A stretch of 64,000 nt of DNA from a virus (lineage: Duplodnaviria > Caudoviricetes): positions 34,326-98,325 of the IMG/VR virus record IMGVR_UViG_3300012667_000244; one strand, given 5' to 3'. The translations under genes were made by a program, and so were the position numbers. This document shows positions 29,250 through 39,109 of the stretch, one piece after another. Within the stretch, counting starts at the first letter, position 1; each line of letters begins with the position of its first letter. Under the pieces are notes generated by a model. It saw only the letters and a list, made by a program, of their open reading frames with translations. It ran no database searches and was not told the origin of the DNA.

Positions 29250-29278
29250 ATTATAACATACATTGTTTTGAGCGTCAA
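29250..29278 (-). promoter_or_regulatory. Sigma70-type promoter
   Basis: TTGACG-N17-TATAAT. Confidence 0.8.
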
Positions 29279-29279
29279 C

Positions 29280-29720
29280 CTACATTTCCAAGCCGTCTTT
29301 ACGGGCTTGTTCTTCAATACGCTCATTGCGTTCTTGTTCGTGCTTATCGCATAATGTACGCACCCAACCACCCCCACGGCGCTTGCCAATGCCGCCGCAA
29401 TCTTCGCAAGCAATACCTGCCCACGATTCTGCCATAGACACTAGTCCAGCAATGTATTCATCGCCACCTTCGTAGTAGAAACGAAGCCCACCAAACTTTT
29501 CTTTAACTTGCTGGACAACAACTTGTGGGCAAACTTCAGTTTCTCTGTTTTTAAATTCGATATGTTGCTGAATGCTGGAACTTAATCTTTCAATGATAGG
29601 GTACCAACCTTTGCCCACAGCAAAGCCGCCGTATTTGCCACCGTACATTTTTGGATAAGACTTTTCCAATCGTTTGGCAAATGTTTCGTATTCTATGAAT
29701 TCTTGATCTTCATTCATCAC
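29280..29720 (-). CDS. Phage hypothetical protein with Zn-ribbon
   Basis: QVKEKFGGLRFY...CEDCG...TLCDKH. Confidence 0.75.
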   Translation of the reverse strand: MMNEDQEFIEYETFAKRLEKSYPKMYGGKYGGFAVGKGWYPIIERLSSSIQQHIEFKNRETEVCPQVVVQQVKEKFGGLRFYYEGGDEYIAGLVSMAESWAGIACEDCGGIGKRRGGGWVRTLCDKHEQERNERIEEQARKDGLEM

Positions 29721-29908
29721 CAGTTCTCCACGCCTGAGATTTCAACAGTAAATGTGCCGTTGAGGCCGTTCACTTTGGTATGCACAATTAAATTGGTAAT
29801 ACTACCAATGCCGCTATGGCCTGTTTCTTCCAACTTAAAGGACTGTGCATCTGGAAACTTGTCCATTGTTTCCAAAATCTTCTGTACTTCTTCTCTTGTA
29901 ATATACAT
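29717..29908 (-). CDS. Hypothetical protein
   Basis: 63-aa coupled ORF. Confidence 0.6.
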   Translation of the reverse strand: MYITREEVQKILETMDKFPDAQSFKLEETGHSGIGSITNLIVHTKVNGLNGTFTVEISGVENW

Positions 29909-30609
29909 TATTGTGCGGCCTTTACATAGTTTAATCGAGTTACTGCGTTTTCATACTTCCAATGCAGAGTATGGTCTTTAATCTTTGCTTTAATAATAAC
30001 ACATGGCCCAGGCACAAACTCATTCTTGCCCATCCAACTGACCATCATATTGTTGATTATAGCATCAACATTGTAAGCGTCATAAGTCTTTGAGCGTTTG
30101 CAACTCAATACTTCGCAATCTAAATCATGTACCTCTGAACCAATTGGCCCTAAGTATCCAGGTTCAACTGATTTGGAAAATTTCTCTATTCGATTCATTA
30201 GTTGATCACGGAGATACTGTGCAGGTAAGCAGGCAATGAATCCTAGCTTGTTCATTGGCACTTCTTCACTGTTAAGCAAGAAGTACAATGTTGTCTTAAA
30301 TTCGTCAGTGCCTTCGATTGCAGTGAACGCTAGTTTACGATAAAACTTTTGAATTTCAGTAGCTTGGGTACGATCTTCTACTGTAGGTTTAATTAATACA
30401 GGACGCATAAGCGGGTCACTATAAGTAGCACCGTCTTCGCCTAGTGCAAATGTTATTAAACTTCGATTGGGCCACTTGTACCCTACAACTTTGTTGTCAG
30501 TAGTAACGATAGCTTCTGCTTGCTTTACATACGACTCGTTAACCCGTTGGGCCGAACATGCTAACTCTAGCAGTGTTTGGAGAGGGTACGATTTGACCTG
30601 AGCAGACAT
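29908..30609 (-). CDS. Hypothetical protein, C-terminal OB-fold-like
   Basis: YLGPIG...IKAKIKDH...TRLNYVK pattern; promoter upstream. Confidence 0.65.
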   Translation of the reverse strand: MSAQVKSYPLQTLLELACSAQRVNESYVKQAEAIVTTDNKVVGYKWPNRSLITFALGEDGATYSDPLMRPVLIKPTVEDRTQATEIQKFYRKLAFTAIEGTDEFKTTLYFLLNSEEVPMNKLGFIACLPAQYLRDQLMNRIEKFSKSVEPGYLGPIGSEVHDLDCEVLSCKRSKTYDAYNVDAIINNMMVSWMGKNEFVPGPCVIIKAKIKDHTLHWKYENAVTRLNYVKAAQ

Positions 30610-30634
30610 GCGGTTCTCATATAATTAAAACTAT

Positions 30635-30663
30635 ATTTTACACGAAAATGCAGTCAGTGTCAA
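30635..30663 (-). promoter_or_regulatory. Sigma70-type promoter
   Basis: TTGACA-N17-TAAAAT. Confidence 0.75.
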
Positions 30664-31312
30664 TCTTCTGTAGGCGCACATAGACCTTTTTGGCTAACAG
30701 TTTTATTACCGGAGTAGAAGTGTTTCCAAACTGTCCAATGTAAGCACTAAGATTTGGGCTGACAAATGTGTCTTGGAATTTTAACTTGCTGAGTGCAGTG
30801 AACTTACTCATATACCTAAGTGCTCGGTATTTGCCTAGACTGCGGCAAAGCTCAATAGCAATGCTTAGTGAGTAAGCATCTACTTCGTCCGGGTCCATTA
30901 AGTACTCTTGATAGTGATAAGCGCCGTTAGGATGGTCCCAAAAGTTCTCATGCCCTCTCTTACGGCTTTGACGCTGATGCTTGTATTCATGTACAGTTGC
31001 ATCAAACACTTGGACTAGAAAACTTGTAACATGTTTCTTATCCCACACCATGGCCTTGTCAAAGTTGTGATGTACTACAACTTCAATAGGAGTTTCATAT
31101 GTGTCATCATCTTCAGCATCGTAGTATGCGTTGATGTAAAACTCCTCGTCTAAGAGTTTTTTATTGCGTTCACTTTTTACCCGAACATCAAGTTCGTGAC
31201 GCTTAAATTCTCTGCGCAACATAACTAACAAATTATGAAAACTTGTTCCGTGCTTGCAGTTAGTTCTAACTTTGTTGCAAACATCACGCACAGTTTCCAT
31301 AATTGAGTTCAT
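30638..31312 (-). CDS. HExxH zincin-like protein (paralogue of 24183)
   Basis: VHEYKHQRQ...YLMDPDEVDAYS. Confidence 0.65.
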   Translation of the reverse strand: MNSIMETVRDVCNKVRTNCKHGTSFHNLLVMLRREFKRHELDVRVKSERNKKLLDEEFYINAYYDAEDDDTYETPIEVVVHHNFDKAMVWDKKHVTSFLVQVFDATVHEYKHQRQSRKRGHENFWDHPNGAYHYQEYLMDPDEVDAYSLSIAIELCRSLGKYRALRYMSKFTALSKLKFQDTFVSPNLSAYIGQFGNTSTPVIKLLAKKVYVRLQKIDTDCIFV

Positions 31313-31313
31313 A

Positions 31314-31481
31314 TCAGCTCACTTTTGTTAACACCATTATACCATCTTCGACTACAATACTGATAGTATCCCCTTCCTTCCATCCTTGCAGTTCGCAAAT
31401 TTCTGGGGGAAGTTTCATAATGATATTGTCCGGGTCCCCGGGTATATCTTCAAACAGCTCTTCTACAGTGTAGGTTGTCAT
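31314..31481 (-). CDS. AbrB/MazE-like swapped-hairpin protein (55 aa)
   Basis: IMKLPPEICELQGWKEGDTISIVVEDGIMVLTK; TAAATA-N4-ATG. Missed by the ORF track. Confidence 0.7.
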   Translation of the reverse strand: MTTYTVEELFEDIPGDPDNIIMKLPPEICELQGWKEGDTISIVVEDGIMVLTKVS

Positions 31482-31492
31482 ATTGTATTTAC

Positions 31493-31891
31493 TTAAACGA
31501 AGTCATCGTTGTACGGCACTGGCATCCAACCTAAATCGTGTAGGTCTTTTGCAATCTCTTCGGTTACTTCTCCCTCGCTTGCATAGCCGGTTTTTTCAAA
31601 GTAATCGTCATCTTCTTTGCCATCAACACTAAGTCCACCACGCATGCCGCTACAGTAGTAGTCCATGTAGTCCTCGCCCTTGCCGCGAAGATCTGCTACA
31701 ATACCACCTGCGCCGCGCCAGCTTGCTGACCAGTATCGTTCGGATAGTACAGGCCAAAGTTCACGCTTGCACCATTGCATGTTACACCAAGCGGCATATA
31801 AGTTTTGCGCATAGCGTCGATCCTCGGCTTGAATTTTAGCCATTATCCACGAGCAGTCGCGGATCTCTTCTTGTAGGTCGTACTCTTTCAT
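31493..31891 (-). CDS. Hypothetical protein
   Basis: YAQNLYAA.CN...SWRGAGGIVADLR...YMDYYCSG. Confidence 0.7.
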   Translation of the reverse strand: MKEYDLQEEIRDCSWIMAKIQAEDRRYAQNLYAAWCNMQWCKRELWPVLSERYWSASWRGAGGIVADLRGKGEDYMDYYCSGMRGGLSVDGKEDDDYFEKTGYASEGEVTEEIAKDLHDLGWMPVPYNDDFV

Positions 31892-32214
31892 TTATGGAAT
31901 CCGCCTTGGAAGCAGTGGCGTGTTTCATGTCCTAGTTGATGCATACTAGTCCATTTGTTTGTGATGATAATACAACTATTACCAGTCAACCCTTTATCCC
32001 AGAAAGAACATGCTTCGACTTTACTACCGAAGCCACCGTAACCGCGCTTCTTGCTTTCTGCTTGACAACGGGCATTAGCGTTAGGAACAACTTCCCAGCT
32101 AATGGTTGTTTTAGTAGTCATCAAAGTGCTTGCATCAAACGGTGCAGTAGGGTCGTCAGTAAATGCCATTGCGTTTGTTACAACCAATGCCAGTAGTACT
32201 AAAACCTTCTTCAT
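31888..32214 (-). CDS. Secreted small HExxH protein
   Basis: Signal peptide; LGHETRHCF. Confidence 0.65.
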   Translation of the reverse strand: MKKVLVLLALVVTNAMAFTDDPTAPFDASTLMTTKTTISWEVVPNANARCQAESKKRGYGGFGSKVEACSFWDKGLTGNSCIIITNKWTSMHQLGHETRHCFQGGFHK

Positions 32215-32242
32215 ACAATGCCTTTCTAAGCATAATTAAAAT

Positions 32243-32359
32243 TGGTGTAGATGGTAGGGTTCGAACCTACAAAGTCGCTCTAAGAGCAAGACCCGTCCCT
32301 CCGTTGCCGATTAGGGTACCAGCATTGGAGGAGGTATACCATGTTCCACTCACATCCAC
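32243..32359 (-). tRNA. Non-canonical tRNA-like RNA (117 nt), anticodon not assignable
   Basis: Acceptor GUGGAUG/CAUCUAC plus A-CCA; T arm GUAGG-UUCGAAC-CCUAC; Leu-like D loop GGAACAUGGUAUAC; long variable arm; 34-nt anticodon arm. Confidence 0.8.
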
Positions 32360-32365
32360 ACTTGT

Positions 32366-32394
32366 ATTATATAGCAGTTTGGGTAGAATGTCAA
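32366..32394 (-). promoter_or_regulatory. Sigma70-type promoter for the tRNA-like RNA
   Basis: TTGACA-N17-TATAAT; predicted +1 at about 32359-32360. Confidence 0.85.
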
Positions 32395-32446
32395 CCTTAT
32401 TTGGCTGAAATATTTGGACTTATTTTCTGCGTATTAAATACATTCA

Positions 32447-33418
32447 ATGCAATTTTCTAATATACCATTTAACAACATAGTTCGTTTTGGACAGCGTACA
32501 ATGCTAGCCAATCCATTATTTTCAACCAGTTGGATATTAGGAAGGTTCTGTAATTATAAATGTAGTTACTGCTGGCCCTATGCTAGAAGTGATGTACAGG
32601 ATTACCAAAGCCTAGAACTGTATAAAAGTACAGTAGACGAGATTAAACGACAAGCTCGTGCTAATGGGTTTAATCAATTCCACTGGTCATTCAGCGGTGG
32701 TGAGCCTACAGCATACAAACAGTTGCATGAGTTAATTAAACACTTAGATGAGAAAGAAAGTTCTTATCAAAGTATACACATGACTACTAACCTAAGTCCC
32801 GGAAGCAAATGGTGGAACACTTGGTGTAAGAATACTGAGATGTTACAACGCAGAAGTATTACAGCCAGCTTCCACGATGAGTTTGCTAAAGAGCAAGAGT
32901 TTGGAGACAAGTGTTTACAGTTACAATACGAACTAGTTCATGTAACAGTTAATCAAGTTATGGTGCCTGAGAAGTTTTATGAACTGTATGAGCGCATGGA
33001 ACGATTACACAAGCGTGGAATTAATGTAACGCTCAAACCGCAAAGTGATTTAACTGCTAGCTCAATTGTTGACGGCTATACTGAAGACATGATACACAAG
33101 ATGCGTGAAGGATTTCCGCAAAGAGCACACGGCGAAGAAGTATATCAAATTGCGTTATACGAAGCAGACGGTACAGAACATTTACTAGATCAAGCAGAAC
33201 GGTTTAATGCGTTTGGTTTTAACAAGTTTAAAGATTGGACTTGCAATGCCGGCTATCAGAGTGTTATAATAAGAGGCAACGAAGTTAAGCGGGCATATAG
33301 TTGTCACGCGGCAGAATTAGGAACATTAGATAACTTTACATTATTTGATAGACCTGAAAAATGTATTACACCTAGTTGTGTTAGTTCAGCAGACTCGAAG
33401 ATACCAAAATGCAAATAG
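32447..33418 (+). CDS. Radical SAM protein, C-terminal twitch/SPASM-like (group A)
   Basis: CNYKCSYC, GGEP, WTCNAG...SC...C...SC..SAD.KIPK; TAAATA-N6-ATG. Confidence 0.9.
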   Translation: MQFSNIPFNNIVRFGQRTMLANPLFSTSWILGRFCNYKCSYCWPYARSDVQDYQSLELYKSTVDEIKRQARANGFNQFHWSFSGGEPTAYKQLHELIKHLDEKESSYQSIHMTTNLSPGSKWWNTWCKNTEMLQRRSITASFHDEFAKEQEFGDKCLQLQYELVHVTVNQVMVPEKFYELYERMERLHKRGINVTLKPQSDLTASSIVDGYTEDMIHKMREGFPQRAHGEEVYQIALYEADGTEHLLDQAERFNAFGFNKFKDWTCNAGYQSVIIRGNEVKRAYSCHAAELGTLDNFTLFDRPEKCITPSCVSSADSKIPKCK

Positions 33419-34020
33419 ATACAGAACACTTACATTACTGGATGCAGGCAATACGCCAGAGTCCAGATCCTATGCGGACAATGGATGCCTTCTGGCGAGG
33501 GCAGATTGCAAGCAAAGAATGGTTAATTGATGCGTTGATAAAAGTGTACCCACAAACCTCAGTTAGTTCCAGACCAGTTAGTATTGATATACACGGCGGT
33601 TGGGTTGGCACATTGGCCAGTATGCTCTTTCAAAGTAAGTTCCCTATTGCTAATATTCGTAGTGTTGATATTGATCCAGCCGTTGAAGACATTGCTAGTA
33701 TGATGAATAAGATCGAAGAAATGCAGGGGCGATTTCGTGCAGTAACGGCTGACATGTGTTCTATCCGTAGTGATGCTGATGTTGTTATCAATACTAGTTG
33801 TGAGCATATTACACAAGACGACTACGACTTGTGGTTAAGCGGAATGCCATACAACACATTGCTAGTTTTACAGAGTAATGATTATAGAATACCTGAGCAT
33901 GTTCGTACCGCGAAAGACTTAGAAGAGTTTAAAACACAATGCGGTATTGAAGTACTATGGGCAGGGGAACTTGAATTGCCCCTGTATAAAAGATTTATGG
34001 TAATAGGACACAATGTTTAA
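33409..34020 (+). CDS. Class I SAM-dependent methyltransferase-like protein
   Basis: IHGGWVG, SVDIDP, ADM, VINTSCEH. Confidence 0.7.
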   Translation: MQIDTEHLHYWMQAIRQSPDPMRTMDAFWRGQIASKEWLIDALIKVYPQTSVSSRPVSIDIHGGWVGTLASMLFQSKFPIANIRSVDIDPAVEDIASMMNKIEEMQGRFRAVTADMCSIRSDADVVINTSCEHITQDDYDLWLSGMPYNTLLVLQSNDYRIPEHVRTAKDLEEFKTQCGIEVLWAGELELPLYKRFMVIGHNV

Positions 34021-35104
34021 TTTTAAAGACCTAAAGCAGATTCATTTAGAAGTGACAAACAACTGCCAAGCATCATGTCCTATGTGTGCTCGTAATCAGC
34101 ACGGTGGCCCGGTTAATCCGTTGCTAAGTTTAAACGACTGGACACTGGATGAGTTTAAGCAAATTATCACACAAGAAGTTTTGGATCAAGTTGAACGCAT
34201 TTACTTCTGCGGCAACTTTGGTGATCCTATTCTTAATCAAGATTTAGTAGCAATGTGCCAACACATTAAAGACAATGCACCTGATGTCATTGTTGGCATT
34301 CATACAAACGGTGGCGCACGAAATACCAAGTGGTGGGAATCACTAGCTCAGGCATTGCCTAAAAATCATTTAGTTATGTTTGGCATTGACGGTTTAGAAG
34401 ACACACATCATCTACATCGCATTGGCACAACATATGACAATGTAATCCGTAACGCACAGGCTTTTATCGGTGCTGGCGGAACAGCAGAGTGGACATTTAT
34501 CAAGTTTAAGCATAACGAGCATCAAGCAGAAGAATGCCGTAAGCGTAGCGTTGAGATGGGCTTTGCTAGATTTACTTTAAAGAATAGTTCACGCTTTGTT
34601 GGAGAACCGTTTTGCGAAGTACAAGACAAAGAAGGCAATCATACACATACGATTGAGCCGCCTACAGATACACCTTTGCACTTTATTAGCAAAGCGATTA
34701 TTAATTCCTATAAAGAGTTAGTTGCAGAAGCAGTTATTAGTTGCCATGCACAGCACGAAAAGGAAATCTATATTGATGCACACAAGAAACTATTGCCATG
34801 CTGTTGGGTAAGTTCTATTCCAACAACTTATTACGACAATAAGTTTGTTGACCCAAGCATTGATTACGCAATTAAATCACAGTATGCTAACCTTGTTGCT
34901 GACTTAGGACAACTAAACGCAACAACAGGCATACGCAACATTATCGACTCAGAGCCTTGGCAAACAGTCTGGCACAAGTATTGGAATGAAGAGAAGATGA
35001 TTACTTGTGCAAGAGTTTGCGGTAAGTTTACGAGTGCGGAAATTTCACAACCGAGCGACCAGTTCCTCGAAGTACAGGATAACAGAGATGATAACGCCTA
35101 TTAA
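34013..35104 (+). CDS. Radical SAM/SPASM-like protein (group C)
   Basis: CQASCPMC, CGNFGDP, HTNG, FGIDG, IYID...LPCCW, CARVC. Confidence 0.9.
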   Translation: MFNFKDLKQIHLEVTNNCQASCPMCARNQHGGPVNPLLSLNDWTLDEFKQIITQEVLDQVERIYFCGNFGDPILNQDLVAMCQHIKDNAPDVIVGIHTNGGARNTKWWESLAQALPKNHLVMFGIDGLEDTHHLHRIGTTYDNVIRNAQAFIGAGGTAEWTFIKFKHNEHQAEECRKRSVEMGFARFTLKNSSRFVGEPFCEVQDKEGNHTHTIEPPTDTPLHFISKAIINSYKELVAEAVISCHAQHEKEIYIDAHKKLLPCCWVSSIPTTYYDNKFVDPSIDYAIKSQYANLVADLGQLNATTGIRNIIDSEPWQTVWHKYWNEEKMITCARVCGKFTSAEISQPSDQFLEVQDNRDDNAY

Positions 35105-36125
35105 AATTGTTTCAACACAGCCGGACAATGTCTTAGAAATAAGATGGTGCCCAAACAATGTGTGTAACTTTGATTGCAGATACTGCTTTCCAGGATCGCA
35201 TGATGGCGACTACAAGAGTCCTAAAGACATTGACTTAATTATCAAGAATTTCAACCACTTCTTAAAGCAGTACAAAGAGAAGTTAGGTAAGACTAAAGTT
35301 CATTTAAAGATTGCAGGCGGTGAGCCTACACTGTGGAAAGACTTAGCCATCTTCATTCACGGCATTAAGAAAGAAAATGATGTGTACCTAACACTTATTT
35401 CTAACGGCAGTAGAACATTACGCTGGTGGAAAGAGTACGGACACCTAATTGACAATGTAACACTTAGCTATCACATTGCGGAAGGCGACCGTGATCATCA
35501 TATTGCCGTAGCAGATACTATGTTTGCACTTGGTAAGAAGACCACCGCACTAGTATTAATGGATCCGTATAACTGGGAACAAGGTGTTGCTGACATTGAA
35601 TACATGCGAGCAAACAGTAAGCACAAGTGGTTCATTCAAGCCGCTGAAGTAATTGAGCCAGAACACATGTCGTTGAACAGCATTAAGATTATTAGTGCAG
35701 AAGAACGCAGGTACACTCCAGACCAGAAGCAGTACATGAAGAAAGGCTTGAAGCGCATTCCGGGTGTACTGTGGTTTATCAAGAACTTTAAACTGTTAGC
35801 AAGTGAAATGCGTATCTTTGAAAGTAAAGCAACTTTATCTAATGGTAAGACACTTAATGCACGACCACAAGCCTACATCAATAACAACTGGAATAACTTT
35901 AAAGGTTGGAGTTGTGACCTAGGGCTTGAAGCAGTCTACATTCACTGGGATGGAAGCATTGCAGGTAGTTGTCAACAAAAGCTCTACGGCTTAGACCATA
36001 GCTTCAACATACTAGATAAGGATTTTGTGGAACAGTTTAACCCAGAGTTTAAACCTGTTATCTGCGGAATCAATAATTGTTTCTGCCAACCAGAAACACA
36101 AATATCAAAGTTTAAACTTAGTTAA
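35088..36125 (+). CDS. Radical SAM protein (group A)
   Basis: CNFDCRYC, GGEP, WSCDLG...DG...SC...C...CFC; start trimmed to MITPIK. Confidence 0.9.
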   Translation: MITPIKIVSTQPDNVLEIRWCPNNVCNFDCRYCFPGSHDGDYKSPKDIDLIIKNFNHFLKQYKEKLGKTKVHLKIAGGEPTLWKDLAIFIHGIKKENDVYLTLISNGSRTLRWWKEYGHLIDNVTLSYHIAEGDRDHHIAVADTMFALGKKTTALVLMDPYNWEQGVADIEYMRANSKHKWFIQAAEVIEPEHMSLNSIKIISAEERRYTPDQKQYMKKGLKRIPGVLWFIKNFKLLASEMRIFESKATLSNGKTLNARPQAYINNNWNNFKGWSCDLGLEAVYIHWDGSIAGSCQQKLYGLDHSFNILDKDFVEQFNPEFKPVICGINNCFCQPETQISKFKLS

Positions 36126-37010
36126 CGGAATGTCTGCGGCACAGGTACAGAAGTTCCTGTCGCAGACTACTGGATCTACAGGTTGCATGAATGTACCCTC
36201 GTAGATATTGCCTAGCGATCCGCCAACACGACAAGTAGCACGATGTACATCGCCGTCCCAGTTAATCATTAGACTTTCTATACCAGCATTGCAGGACCAA
36301 TCTTTAAATTTATTTTGATGGTTCTTAATCATATCGTTAGCGTGGGCAAAAACTGGTAATCCGTCATCTGCTTTCGTAAAAAATATTACATTCTCTCTTA
36401 CGGTTGCGTCTTGCTCTTTGATCCAGTTAAGGTCATCTGCATTGTAGCGCATGTCATCAAACAAATCGTGGTCGCCTTCAGTCCATCGTATGCGTCGAAC
36501 TGTGTTTGGAATGTGTGCTAGCAAGCATCTAGTACGCAATATACTTACATTTGTCATATGATCATGGTGGGCCATAATCTGTGCTATCACATTTATCTTT
36601 GTTGAGTCAACAACGCTTTCCATAGTGTTAAACACACGCATCCAATCGTACTCCATGTGTATACTAAACACTAACTGGTCTACAGGCAAGCTGGCATAAA
36701 ACTCATAAGGCAATGTGCCATTGGTCGTTACGCTAATCCAACTAATACCTACATGCTTGCAGTACTGCACCAGTTCCTTAAACTTAGGATGCACAGTCGG
36801 TTCGCCACCTGTAAAACTTATACGGACAGGTTTGCCTAATGATGCTAGTTTATCTACAGCAACTTTCAATACTTCAATGTCAGTGTGCGGGCTAAAGTTA
36901 TCATGTATGCTACTTGGGCAGTAGCTACAATCGTAGTTACAACGCTTGCCAAGGTTCCATTCTACTTTAATAGATCCTTGATGCGGCCAGCGACTGGTAA
37001 CTTTAAACAT
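36105..37010 (-). CDS. Radical SAM protein (group A)
   Basis: CNYDCSYC, GGEP, TTNG, WSCNAG...DG...TC...C...CTC. Confidence 0.9.
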   Translation of the reverse strand: MFKVTSRWPHQGSIKVEWNLGKRCNYDCSYCPSSIHDNFSPHTDIEVLKVAVDKLASLGKPVRISFTGGEPTVHPKFKELVQYCKHVGISWISVTTNGTLPYEFYASLPVDQLVFSIHMEYDWMRVFNTMESVVDSTKINVIAQIMAHHDHMTNVSILRTRCLLAHIPNTVRRIRWTEGDHDLFDDMRYNADDLNWIKEQDATVRENVIFFTKADDGLPVFAHANDMIKNHQNKFKDWSCNAGIESLMINWDGDVHRATCRVGGSLGNIYEGTFMQPVDPVVCDRNFCTCAADIPLTKFKL

Positions 37011-38265
37011 ACGGCTTGAATTCCGGAGTTACATCAGTAAAACTCTGATTACGACTCGCATCTAACTTGCGGTTAAACTCAATAGTATCCTTCCACAAAT
37101 GACTTTCGTCCTTGGCAAACATAAAGTTGACTACACCTTCGATTTGTTTGCGTGTAATTTGCTCTAGGATAGGATGCTTCTTAACCATCTTGTAATCAGG
37201 AATCTTATCTTTAATCAAATGCAGTCGCAACGCCGCAATTTGTTTAAGTTCCATAGGCATAGTTTGTATGCTTAGAACATTAGGGTACTTGACCATGTTA
37301 GTGTAGAAAACAATGTCTAGTTCGTCTAAGAACTTTTCAATCATTCTATCAAGGACCATGATGTTGCTAACTTGCACAGCAACAGCACCTACTACACGAG
37401 TAACATTAGGAATTGCTTGTATAGTTTTTATATTAGCAACAACATCATTAAACACACCATTACCACGAATATACTCGTAGCTATTGTCAAGGCCGTCGAT
37501 CGATACATTGACTGCGACTGATTTGAAATGCGGCCAGTAGTCGTGTATGTTTCTTCCACCTTTAATGCCTGTAGTTGTTCCGTTAGTTGCGTATTTGATT
37601 TCGATTTGATGTCCATAAGGCTTTAACATGTCTAAGATTTTATAGTGGGTAGGATCCATTAGCGGCTCGCCACCTGCGAATTCTACACGACGAAAGTAAG
37701 GCAATAGCTTTTCTAAGCTAGCCCACCATTTAGGATTGTCTGTAAACTTATCTAAGTAGGGTTTGTTTGCTAAGTTTAAGTCCTTAATGGCCTGCACCAT
37801 AAAGTTATTTTCTTTAACATAAAACTCCTCTACTTCTTTCCAGTCATTCCAACTTGTACTATCCATCGGATGACACATGCGGCACTTTAAGTTACACAAG
37901 TTGTTCAGTTTAAGTTCCATTGTAGGAATCTCAAACGGCATTGTATAGTCTGCCGATAGATTATCTAACGCATTAGGATACAGTGTAATGCGGCTTTCTG
38001 GAATCTTAGGTTCGATGTGTCGTTGTCTTAACGATTCAACTCCTTGGTCTTCTAGACTAAAGCAAGGTTCACATTCTTTAGGACGCTCATTGTTCAGCAC
38101 TTGCTTACGAATGCGTGTCATTGTGTTGTTATTCCAGATCTCTTCTAAGCTCTGACATTGCACATTACCAATCGGGTGGCTACGGCAACACACTTGTATG
38201 GCACCATCTTCTCTAGTTGCTAACCCTGTGAACGGGTGCATACAAAATGTTTTACTTGTCTGCAT
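37003..38265 (-). CDS. Radical SAM protein with N-terminal twitch (group B)
   Basis: FCMHPF...VCC...CEPC; CNLKCRMC; GGEP. Confidence 0.9.
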   Translation of the reverse strand: MQTSKTFCMHPFTGLATREDGAIQVCCRSHPIGNVQCQSLEEIWNNNTMTRIRKQVLNNERPKECEPCFSLEDQGVESLRQRHIEPKIPESRITLYPNALDNLSADYTMPFEIPTMELKLNNLCNLKCRMCHPMDSTSWNDWKEVEEFYVKENNFMVQAIKDLNLANKPYLDKFTDNPKWWASLEKLLPYFRRVEFAGGEPLMDPTHYKILDMLKPYGHQIEIKYATNGTTTGIKGGRNIHDYWPHFKSVAVNVSIDGLDNSYEYIRGNGVFNDVVANIKTIQAIPNVTRVVGAVAVQVSNIMVLDRMIEKFLDELDIVFYTNMVKYPNVLSIQTMPMELKQIAALRLHLIKDKIPDYKMVKKHPILEQITRKQIEGVVNFMFAKDESHLWKDTIEFNRKLDASRNQSFTDVTPEFKPYV

Positions 38266-39109
38266 TCTCTAAATACCTTATTAGTGGACTAATACCTACA
38301 GGCTTGTTATCTTTAAGCGCAAGGTAAATGCTTTGCGTTGGCATAAGATTAAAGTCGTAACATACTCTGCGATATCGTGTTCCGTGTGTTACCCACATGT
38401 AGTCAGGCGGCAAGTTGCGAACAAAATGCAAGCCGATCATAGCTAATGCACGATTGTTCATACGGAAGTCATTCATTATTGTAACACTATCAGCACCAGT
38501 TTGTCTAGTCCAGCGTAAGCCAATTCTATTCCACCCTAGCCCTAACCCTTTAGAAAGACTAATGCCGACTGAATGAATTGCTGGATGGCCCAGATCGAAA
38601 GATATATCCCGACAGCAAGTGACCCAAGCCCCATCGATATGCACAGCAATACCTTTAATAGTCGCTTCATGTAATATTTCCTCTATGTTTGAGTGTACTG
38701 CGCCTGTACTAGGAAATGGCATTGCTATGATTAAAGGAACACCAGGTATCAAACTACCTACATCCTTAGTAAAGCCAAGTCCTAAACGCTGGTGATATCT
38801 GTAGTCACCTGTGATAGTTTGTACAGGCCCTTGCATATACAAGTTATCAATGTACTGTGTACAACCATTAATGATATCAACACGATCAAAACTATCAAAG
38901 CCTGTTATGTTATTAAGTTTACTAGCAAACAACCAATTGGTCATTTCTTGTTTGAATTTAGTGTAAACGCTATCAGTAATATCCGTATCTAGTTTGCCTG
39001 TCATTACATCGCGGATCAATTGTTCAATTGTATTGTCTGTAATTGGGCTAGGTCTATCTACTTCTAAATAGTCTGCTGAGTAGGTGGGTGCTGTTCTTAT
39101 ACGGTCCAT
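38252..39109 (-). CDS. Fold-type I PLP-dependent enzyme (aminotransferase-like, short)
   Basis: PFPSTG, HIDGAW, SLSKGLGLGWNRIG (PLP Lys); start trimmed to 39109. Confidence 0.7.
   Translation of the reverse strand: MDRIRTAPTYSADYLEVDRPSPITDNTIEQLIRDVMTGKLDTDITDSVYTKFKQEMTNWLFASKLNNITGFDSFDRVDIINGCTQYIDNLYMQGPVQTITGDYRYHQRLGLGFTKDVGSLIPGVPLIIAMPFPSTGAVHSNIEEILHEATIKGIAVHIDGAWVTCCRDISFDLGHPAIHSVGISLSKGLGLGWNRIGLRWTRQTGADSVTIMNDFRMNNRALAMIGLHFVRNLPPDYMWVTHGTRYRRVCYDFNLMPTQSIYLALKDNKPVGISPLIRYLENADK

Noticed and set aside
32243-32359. tmRNA, selenocysteine tRNA or amber suppressor reading of the tRNA-like RNA
   Set aside because: Too short and no tag ORF for tmRNA; 7-bp acceptor stem and no UCA for Sec; the CUA is not centred in a 7-nt loop.
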